A stretch of DNA of 64,000 bases from the NCBI GenBank assembly GCA_963733295.1, contig CAVTCS010000003.1:2400001-2464000 (forward strand). Reading direction: 5' to 3'. The position numbers and the translations under genes are program-made. Source of the stretch: Vulcanimicrobiota bacterium. Lineage in GTDB: Bacteria; Vulcanimicrobiota; Vulcanimicrobiia; Vulcanimicrobiales; Vulcanimicrobiaceae. Below the pieces are notes generated by a model. It saw only the letters and a program-made list of their open reading frames with translations. It did no database searches and was not told the origin of the DNA. Positions 54,585 to 64,000 of the stretch are shown in pieces (the stretch's first letter is position 1; each line of letters starts with the position of its first letter).

Positions 54585-55841
54585 CTAGCGGCGCAGGATG
54601 AAGTCGAGTTTGTGACCCAGAGCTTCGAGGACGTGGGGCCAGAGGTAACGGTTGGCGGTCGCGTAACCGGCCTGACGCATCCGGTCGGTGGTTTGCTCGT
54701 CGCCGTAGATCGAACGCAGGTACTCGGCCAGTTCACGGCCGTCGACGGTGTCGACGACGAGCGAATTGACGAATGGCTCGGCGTAGTCTTCTCCCGTCGC
54801 CCCGCAGACCGGGATGCCTCCGACGGCCATCACCTCTAGGCCCACGAGGCCAAACGGCTCCTTGAGACTGTTCGCCAGTACGGCGTCGGCGGCGACGTAG
54901 AGCGCGTACAGGGTCGAGTCGGGAAGGAACGATTGCAGGTGGGCGACCTCGGCTTCGCACGCCTGCAGCGCAGCCGCGAGTGCCTCGGAATCGTCGCCGC
55001 TCGCCGTTATCGGCTCGACGCGAAGGCCGCGTTCCGCCGCGCGCGCGAAAACCGCGCCGGCGTAATGCTCGCGACCCCCGCGCACGATTAGCTGCGGCGC
55101 AAGACCGCTGTCACGCAGCTCCGCGACGGCGTCGATCGCCTGCATCCAATTCTTGTCGGGATCGAAGCGCCCGACTTTTACGAGCGCAGGCTTACCGCGC
55201 ATGGCTTTGCGGAAGCGCGTAACGAGATCGCGCGGTGGACCGTCGAGCAGCGCTTCGTCGATTCCGTTCGGGATGACCAGCGCCGAGATCCCCAATTGCG
55301 CGAGTTCGAATTTCATGTACCGGCTGACGGTCGTGATCGAGGCGGCTCGCTGGAGCGCCGTCCAGTCGATGCGGTTGAAGCCGTAGGTGTTGTTCGCGTT
55401 CCAGAGGATCGTCACCGAGTCGCGCATCCCGCGCGCGCGCAGCAGACGATCGAGCAGAATGGTCGCGTTCGCCGTCTGCCATTCTTCCGCCACTACGAGC
55501 ACCCGCTCCCCGGCGGCCATCGCCGGCGCGACGATCTCGTCCATCACGACAGCCGGCACGCTGAAAGTAAAGTCTTGAACCTTGCCTTCCTCGCCGTCGT
55601 ACACGTTGTGCGGATGATACGCCGAGATCCATTGACACCACCGGCGCAGCGTCACCCCGGGTGAGTAGGTCTCGCGCGCCGGGAGCTTCGGATCACCGAC
55701 AAAGAAGAGCTGCGTCTCCATTTCCGCTTCGCCAAGCGCACGTGCGAAAGCGCTCTCACGCGTCCCGAGCCCGCCGATCGACGAGTAACGATCGGGTCCC
55801 TCAAACGACAAGAGCACCGCGTGTTTGTGGCCGGCGATCAT
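54585..55841 (-). CDS. Glycosyltransferase family 4
   Basis: SFEGPD..GGLG, IPNGI, VGRFDPDK, EPFGLVGLEVM. Confidence 0.88.
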   Translation of the reverse strand: MIAGHKHAVLLSFEGPDRYSSIGGLGTRESAFARALGEAEMETQLFFVGDPKLPARETYSPGVTLRRWCQWISAYHPHNVYDGEEGKVQDFTFSVPAVVMDEIVAPAMAAGERVLVVAEEWQTANATILLDRLLRARGMRDSVTILWNANNTYGFNRIDWTALQRAASITTVSRYMKFELAQLGISALVIPNGIDEALLDGPPRDLVTRFRKAMRGKPALVKVGRFDPDKNWMQAIDAVAELRDSGLAPQLIVRGGREHYAGAVFARAAERGLRVEPITASGDDSEALAAALQACEAEVAHLQSFLPDSTLYALYVAADAVLANSLKEPFGLVGLEVMAVGGIPVCGATGEDYAEPFVNSLVVDTVDGRELAEYLRSIYGDEQTTDRMRQAGYATANRYLWPHVLEALGHKLDFILRR

Positions 55842-55899
55842 GACGGATGCCGCAACATGACGTTGGTAGTTATACCGTAAAAGACGACGACTTCGCCCC

Positions 55900-55928
55900 A
55901 AAAACGAAGCCCCGCCTTTGCGGGACTC
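55900..55928 (-). terminator. Intrinsic terminator after the TPR gene
   Basis: Minus strand GAGTCCCGC-AAAG-GCGGGGCTT then CGTTTTT. Confidence 0.7.
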
Positions 55929-55944
55929 CTAGGGAATTTGGTCT

Positions 55945-57375
55945 CTACGATTCGTTCGGGCGGTCCAAAACAGTCAGCTTCGACACCCTGTGCGCGAGCC
56001 AGGAATTCGGCCGGCGTTGCCCTTCGCGACGAGCATATTCGATGAAGCGAGGTTCGTTCTTGACGATCTCGGCGAGTTCGAGCGCAGCTCTCGCCGCATG
56101 CCACTGAAAACCTAGGGAGTCCCAAATATCGAAGGCTTTTCCGAGGAAGATCGACGCGCGTTCGTCCTGCTTTTCAGCGCGAAGCACGAGGCCTTCCGAA
56201 AACGCCTCGGTGGCTTGCCAGCGGCGGTCACTCGGTCCTAGCAAGTTGGGTGGCACCTTCGTTTTTATCCCCCGGTAGCGCTCCATCGCGCGGCGCGCTT
56301 TCGACGATCCACGCTCCGACAATGCTTGTGCCAGGAGTAGGAGGACAAACCGATCTTCACCGAGCGTAGCAGACCAATCGATCTGCGCGCTCAACCGTTC
56401 CGCATAATCCATCTCTTCGCGCGCCATTATCGCCTGATTCAATTCCCGAGCGAGCAACGCTCGATCGAGAGACGCCGCGAGTCGCAGAACGGGAGTCGGC
56501 GCAAATTCAGCCGCGGCACGCAGATCGCGCAGCGCTCCGATGTGGTCTCCTCGCATCGCTGATAGGAGTCCCAACGAGCGGAGTACCGTGAATCGGAAGC
56601 CGACGGTTTCCGAAGGCCACTCTCGTGTAAGGCGCTCGCGAAGCAACCCCGCCTCTGCGTCTAGGGCGAGGTCGCTGACGAGAACCGCTAGGTTCTGAAG
56701 TAAAAACAACTCATGGAATACGTCGGGAGTCTTTTCGTTTTCCAATTCTCCGAGGGCACGACAGACGAATGCGCTTTGCTCGTGAAAACGTTCGCGACGC
56801 GCTTCGATTATCCCCAAAGCCTCGAAGGCTCTTGCGCGGCTGTGACTCAAGGGGACAAAATAAGCCTCACCCGACTCAAAAGGATACGGCTCGATCGAAA
56901 GCACCCGGAAAGCGGATTCCTCCGCCTTCTCGTTCTCGCCTAAAGCAAACCAGCGAGAAGTTGCGTAGTAATCGAACTCAGCCTGTGTCGCGGCGCAGGC
57001 GGACGCCAAAGTGAAGACGCGCGCAGTGTCATAAGAACGCTCTGCCTCGTCGAAACGTCGGACCCGCATGAGCGCGGCTCCGCGCTGCATGTGAGCTTCT
57101 GCCAGGCTGCGGTGCGCCAGATCGGCATCGATGACTTCGAGGTGCGAAAGCGCCGCCTCGGGCTGGCCAAGACGAAGCAAGGCACGCGCCGACAAGGACC
57201 GTGCGGCTTGACTCGAGTTTCCATGCAACAAATCGACGCAGGCGCCCAAGCGTCCAAACCGATAAGCTTCGACGGCTTGCTCAAAAGGCTGAACGCGCGG
57301 CTGTAGCCGCACGACCCGACGATCCAGACCGTGACCTCCTCGTCGCGATGGTACGGCACGTACCAGCCATTCCAC
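55945..57375 (-). CDS. TPR-like helical protein without HTH (paralog family); start uncertain
   Basis: GDHIGALRDL, IDW, DRR..SEG, AFDIW, ALELAEI, PNSWLA. Confidence 0.78.
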   Translation of the reverse strand: MEWLVRAVPSRRGGHGLDRRVVRLQPRVQPFEQAVEAYRFGRLGACVDLLHGNSSQAARSLSARALLRLGQPEAALSHLEVIDADLAHRSLAEAHMQRGAALMRVRRFDEAERSYDTARVFTLASACAATQAEFDYYATSRWFALGENEKAEESAFRVLSIEPYPFESGEAYFVPLSHSRARAFEALGIIEARRERFHEQSAFVCRALGELENEKTPDVFHELFLLQNLAVLVSDLALDAEAGLLRERLTREWPSETVGFRFTVLRSLGLLSAMRGDHIGALRDLRAAAEFAPTPVLRLAASLDRALLARELNQAIMAREEMDYAERLSAQIDWSATLGEDRFVLLLLAQALSERGSSKARRAMERYRGIKTKVPPNLLGPSDRRWQATEAFSEGLVLRAEKQDERASIFLGKAFDIWDSLGFQWHAARAALELAEIVKNEPRFIEYARREGQRRPNSWLAHRVSKLTVLDRPNES

Positions 57376-57421
57376 CCTTATTCTATCGGAATGTGTGCTA
57401 GTCCAGCAAACCGCTTGTTAT

Positions 57422-57526
57422 TTAATAGTCGGGGAAGCGCGCAACGCCAGGTGAGACGTGCTGGACAGCGCTCTGTGATGACAGGGAAGAGAATAACGAA
57501 AGGAAAACCGACAAAACGGCAGCCAT
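57422..57526 (-). CDS. 34-aa small peptide MAAVLSVFLSLFSSLSSQSAVQHVSPGVARFPDY (candidate signalling precursor)
   Basis: ATG..TAA, upstream GAAAGGTG SD-like sequence, hydrophobic N-half, same strand and immediately upstream of the TPR gene. Confidence 0.5.
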   Translation of the reverse strand: MAAVLSVFLSLFSSLSSQSAVQHVSPGVARFPDY

Positions 57527-57691
57527 TGTGATCTAGAACACCTTTCTGCTCGCCAGGGCGCGAGCATCTGCAGATAGGCCTAAGGTCTACCGATAACTTT
57601 AGGTCTTCACCTTGCGTCCAAGCGACCAGCACCTTGAGGCTTATGCCTCTCTCCTTCTGGGGCCGGGGTCGCGGGAAGAGCCCGAAAAACC

Positions 57692-60451
<2,760 letters not shown>

Positions 60452-60467
60452 AGCCGGGAACGCTTCG

Positions 60468-61664
60468 TTATTCGAGTGCGGCGTTCTTCTGCAGCGGGAC
60501 GCGTGCGACTTTTGGATTACCCGAACTCGTGCCCGTAACCGCGAGCGCGACGTTGCCCGCAAGCAAGTCGTGCAAGGCACCGGCGACGAGTTCGACGCGC
60601 CAGGAGCTCGCCTCGAGAGCGCGCGCGATTTCCTCGACCGTCGCGGGGAGTTCCCGCGCCACGCGCTCGAGCCCGGCGCGCGGCATGAGGAGCCCGGCGG
60701 GAAGGTCGTTCTCGGTTGCGATCGCGTTGACCAGAACGCCGAGGCACGCGACGACGGCGTCGCGTTCGATGCCGGGCGGCCGAAACGGTTTGCGCGGCAG
60801 GTCGCGGTCGTCGAGAGCAAGACCCGCCGCCACGGCGGCCACGATGCGATCGCCGTAGGCTTTGCGGCTGCCGCCATCGAGCCGGCGGAGCTGCGCGAGG
60901 TCGTCGCGCTTTTGGGGGCGCAGCGAAACGATCCCCGCCATCACGTCGTCGGGAATGATGTACTTCAACGGAACGTCGCGTTCGCGTGCGAGTTGGTCGC
61001 GCAAATGCGCGAGCTCGCGCAGGACGCCGAGCTCGCGCCGGTTCATACGCATCGCTCCGGGAATGCGCAAATACAGGCGCTCGGGATCCGGCACGTAGCG
61101 CGCTGCGTCGACGAGGGCTTGGGCGTCTTCCTCAAACCACGCGAGACGGCCGTGTTGCACGAGCCGCGCGGTGAGCGCGTCTTGCAGCGCGAATAGGTGG
61201 CGAACGTCGTCGACGAGATATTCGATCTGCTGATCGGAAAGCGGACGCGAGCTCCAATCGCTGACGGTCTGCGATTTACGCAGCCTCACGCCGGCGATGT
61301 CGTGGACGAGTTCGGCCAGCGAGATCGAAAGGCCGTAGCCGCAGAACGCCGCCGCGAGCTGCGTGTCGAACGCGGCGGCGGGCAACACGCCGAACCGGTC
61401 GGCGAAGATCTTGAGATCGCTCTGCAGGGCGTGCCCGACGATCGTCCGCTTCGACAGCGCGGCCGCGAGCGGCTGGAGGTCGCGAACGCGCAGCGGATCG
61501 ACGATCGCGACTTCGTCGCCGACGACGAGCTGCACCACCATCAGGCGTGCGGCATACGATTTCTCATTGTGAAATTCGGTGTCGAGCGCGACGCGCTGGA
61601 CGCTCTCGATCCGCTCGCAGAGCGCGGCCAGGTCCGCGGCATCTTCGATCAACACGGTCGTCAT
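60468..61664 (-). CDS. rnd: Ribonuclease D (3'-5' exonuclease plus HRDC)
   Basis: [29 protein letters not shown] region. Confidence 0.9.
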   Translation of the reverse strand: MTTVLIEDAADLAALCERIESVQRVALDTEFHNEKSYAARLMVVQLVVGDEVAIVDPLRVRDLQPLAAALSKRTIVGHALQSDLKIFADRFGVLPAAAFDTQLAAAFCGYGLSISLAELVHDIAGVRLRKSQTVSDWSSRPLSDQQIEYLVDDVRHLFALQDALTARLVQHGRLAWFEEDAQALVDAARYVPDPERLYLRIPGAMRMNRRELGVLRELAHLRDQLARERDVPLKYIIPDDVMAGIVSLRPQKRDDLAQLRRLDGGSRKAYGDRIVAAVAAGLALDDRDLPRKPFRPPGIERDAVVACLGVLVNAIATENDLPAGLLMPRAGLERVARELPATVEEIARALEASSWRVELVAGALHDLLAGNVALAVTGTSSGNPKVARVPLQKNAALE

Positions 61665-62317
61665 CGCGGCGGGCTCGCCTTCGGTCTTGGGTGGAAGATG
61701 TTGTGAAAGCCGTCCTGAAAGTGCATGTGGGGCATGTGCATGTGCGGGCGGTGCTCGTGTAAGTACTCGTGAACCGCGGCCGAAGCGCGGTCGCCGAAGA
61801 CGGCGAGAACGGTGCAGATCGGAATCGCGATCGCGCACATCGTCCAAACGTGAACGAACATCGGCACGCGAAAGGCTGCGGCGATCTGCGTCGCCATCGT
61901 CCCGCCCAGGCCCGGGATGACTCGCAATGCAAGCAAGAAACGCGGCGAGCCGACCGGAAAGCGGCGCACCCAAGGTGGCAGGCGCTCGATGTTCTTCTCG
62001 AGCTCGAGGAGGTGCGACGTACGGCGAGCAAGCGCGTATCCCGCGAGCGCCGCAAACACGAGGCCGACAGCGTTGACGAGCGAACCGTAAACCGGTCCGA
62101 AAATCACACCGTTCATGATCGCGAGCGCATCCGTCACCGAGAACGGGGCCGAGGCTACGACGGTGAAGATCAAGATAGCGAGGGGGTACGCAACGAAAGG
62201 TCCGACGGTTCCGAGCATCGCCTCGATCGCAGTCTTGTGCCGGATGACGAGGGCAGCCAGAACGAACGAGCTCGTAAGGACAAGAGCCGCCTCGGCGCGA
62301 CGCCAAACAGGGCTCAC
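61661..62317 (-). CDS. TVP38/TMEM64 (VTT/DedA-like) membrane protein with His-rich tail
   Basis: GVIFGPVYG, LRVIPG; stop overlaps the rnd start. Confidence 0.75.
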   Translation of the reverse strand: MSPVWRRAEAALVLTSSFVLAALVIRHKTAIEAMLGTVGPFVAYPLAILIFTVVASAPFSVTDALAIMNGVIFGPVYGSLVNAVGLVFAALAGYALARRTSHLLELEKNIERLPPWVRRFPVGSPRFLLALRVIPGLGGTMATQIAAAFRVPMFVHVWTMCAIAIPICTVLAVFGDRASAAVHEYLHEHRPHMHMPHMHFQDGFHNIFHPRPKASPPR

Positions 62318-62320
62318 GCG

Positions 62321-62707
62321 GTGATCTTCCAAGCCACGATCGTACTGCTTTGCGGCGTGGGCTTGTATGCCTCCGCCTTCATGTACCGAAAGGCCCGTCT
62401 CGCGCAACGCCACCAGCTCCAAGAGCCCAGCGTGGTCGACTCGCCGCGCGCGCGCGTGGCCGGCGGCATTTCCAACGCCGCCATCGGAATCGTATACTAC
62501 GTCATCGTCGCAGCGACCGTCCCGTTCTTCGAAAGCCAAGCGGTCTGGGACGCGGTTTTCCTCGCGACGCTCGCAGCGGCCGGCTTCTCCCTCTACCTCG
62601 CCTACAGCCTGGTTGCGGTCACGCGCATGCCCTGCGTCTATTGCTGGACGAGCCATTTCATCAACTGGTTGCTGCCGCTGCTGTTGATCGCCGCGCATTC
62701 CTCGTGA
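62321..62707 (+). CDS. Vitamin K epoxide reductase (VKOR) family protein
   Basis: Four TM segments, SPRARVAGGISNAAIGIVYY, SLYL, CVYC..H. Confidence 0.8.
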   Translation: MIFQATIVLLCGVGLYASAFMYRKARLAQRHQLQEPSVVDSPRARVAGGISNAAIGIVYYVIVAATVPFFESQAVWDAVFLATLAAAGFSLYLAYSLVAVTRMPCVYCWTSHFINWLLPLLLIAAHSS

Positions 62708-63450
62708 CCGGGGACTCCAACGGTAAGAAGGTGCCGCGTCCCGCGGCGACCGTCATGCTCGTGCGCGAGGAGGCGCGGGGGCTCGCCGTCTATATGGCGC
62801 GGCGCAGCAGCCAGAGCAGCTTCGTACCCGACGCTTACGTCTTTCCCGGCGGCGGCGTCGACGCGGCCGATCGCGCGCCGGAACTCCTCGCGCGCCTCAT
62901 CGTTCCGGCCGCGCCACCCGGACCCGAATTTGCGATAGCGGCGCTGCGCGAACTCTTCGAGGAAGCGGGCATCTTGATCGCGAGCGACGCTGCCGGACGG
63001 CGCTCGGTCTTCGATGCTGCGCGGCTCGCCGCGCTTCGAGCCGAGCGAACCGCCGGCGTACCGTTTGCCGCGCTGCTCGAGCGCGAGGAGCTGTATCTCG
63101 ATACGCGCGACTTGATCCACTATTCGAACTGGATCACGCCGCAGAGCGAACCCCTGCGTTTCGACGTGCATTTCTACCTCGCGGCGGCTCCGCTCGATCA
63201 AGTCGCCTCGGTCGATGCGATCGAAGTGCACGACGGCGGCTGGTTTGCCCCCGATGAGGCACTCGAGCGCGCCGAACGCGGCGAGTTGACGATCATCTTC
63301 CCGACCCGCAAACATCTCGAACGTCTGGCCGGTTTCGCGACGCTCGACGCGCTGCTGGCGCACGCGCGCGCGCGCGCGGTTGCGCCGATCATGCCGTACC
63401 AACGCGACGACGGAGAATTCGACTTTCCTCCCGGAGACGACAGGTGGTAG
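62704..63450 (+). CDS. NUDIX hydrolase (NUDT19-like)
   Basis: AATVML, VFPGG.VD..D, ALRELFEEAG, WITP..RFD, FPT. Confidence 0.88.
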   Translation: MTGDSNGKKVPRPAATVMLVREEARGLAVYMARRSSQSSFVPDAYVFPGGGVDAADRAPELLARLIVPAAPPGPEFAIAALRELFEEAGILIASDAAGRRSVFDAARLAALRAERTAGVPFAALLEREELYLDTRDLIHYSNWITPQSEPLRFDVHFYLAAAPLDQVASVDAIEVHDGGWFAPDEALERAERGELTIIFPTRKHLERLAGFATLDALLAHARARAVAPIMPYQRDDGEFDFPPGDDRW

Positions 63451-64000
63451 AATCCACGCGCGTCACGCGGATCCTCGCACCCAATCCCTCGCCGATGACC
63501 CTCGAGGGGACGAACACGTATCTCATCGATGCGGGCGACGGCAGCGCGGTCATCATCGATCCCGGTCCGGCGAACGCGCAACACCTCGCCGCGATTGCCG
63601 CGGAAGCCGGCGAACGCGGCCTGAAGATCGTCGCAATCCTCGTCACGCACGGACATCCCGATCACGCGCCTGGCGCCGCGCCGCTCGCGTTGCGCACGGG
63701 CGTCCCGGTCTACGCGCACGCGAGCGCGCGCTTTCCACACGACCGGCGGCTGGATGAGGGCTCCCACCTGACGGTTGGGAAGGTCACGCTGCGCGCGATC
63801 GATGCTCCGGGACACGCGCGCGATCACCTCGTCTTCTACCTCGAGAAAGAGGCCGCGCTGTTCACGGGCGACGTCGTGATCGGAAGGGGCACCGTCGTGA
63901 TCGCTCCGCCCAACGGCGACATGCGCGCGTACCAAGCGACGCTGCGGCGTCTGCGCGACGAGTTCCCGAGCGCCCGCCGCATCTACGGCGGGCACGGGGC
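63444..64000 (+). CDS. MBL-fold metallo-hydrolase (LACTB2-like), 3'-truncated by the window
   Basis: APNPSPMTLEGTNTY, THGHPDH, PGHARDH, FTGD. Confidence 0.88.
   Translation, partial: MVESTRVTRILAPNPSPMTLEGTNTYLIDAGDGSAVIIDPGPANAQHLAAIAAEAGERGLKIVAILVTHGHPDHAPGAAPLALRTGVPVYAHASARFPHDRRLDEGSHLTVGKVTLRAIDAPGHARDHLVFYLEKEAALFTGDVVIGRGTVVIAPPNGDMRAYQATLRRLRDEFPSARRIYGGHG

Noticed and set aside
57378..57632. 84-aa minus-strand ORF overlapping the 34-aa peptide in another frame
   Set aside because: Random-looking composition; the 34-aa frame has a more coherent hydrophobic pattern, though this alternative is not excluded

Overview
GC-rich bacterial chromosomal window. The gene style suggests a soil bacterium, possibly Candidatus Eremiobacterota/Vulcanimicrobiia; this is inference only. 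The ordinary backbone comprises a NiCoT metal transporter with a duplicated split-DUF4331/TPR cluster, tRNA-Ala(CGC), split transketolase, MntP, a Na+/H+ antiporter, a LigD polymerase domain, thiC with a TPP riboswitch, an M61 peptidase, a GH63-glgB-glgX-malQ-nucleotidyltransferase operon, GT4, acnA, rnd, VKOR, NUDIX and an MBL hydrolase. Three accessory segments stand out. (1) A GH63 islet lies between tRNA-Ala and a degenerate copy of its 3' end. (2) A visibly lower-GC island (~42040-54050) follows the mannose-1-P guanylyltransferase gene and contains an 88-bp second copy of that gene's 3' end. It carries an SdpA/SdpB(HTTM)-like operon whose third gene is an NlpC/P60-like lipoprotein followed by two exported partners, plus two homologous modules of TPR-like and TPR-LuxR genes, several frameshifted. 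(3) An insert (~55930-57690) holds an HTH-less TPR paralog directly downstream of an unannotated 34-codon hydrophobic peptide ORF, a candidate peptide-signalling system. No CRISPR, rRNA or intact integrase was seen. Family assignments come from motif recognition by eye, not database searches.
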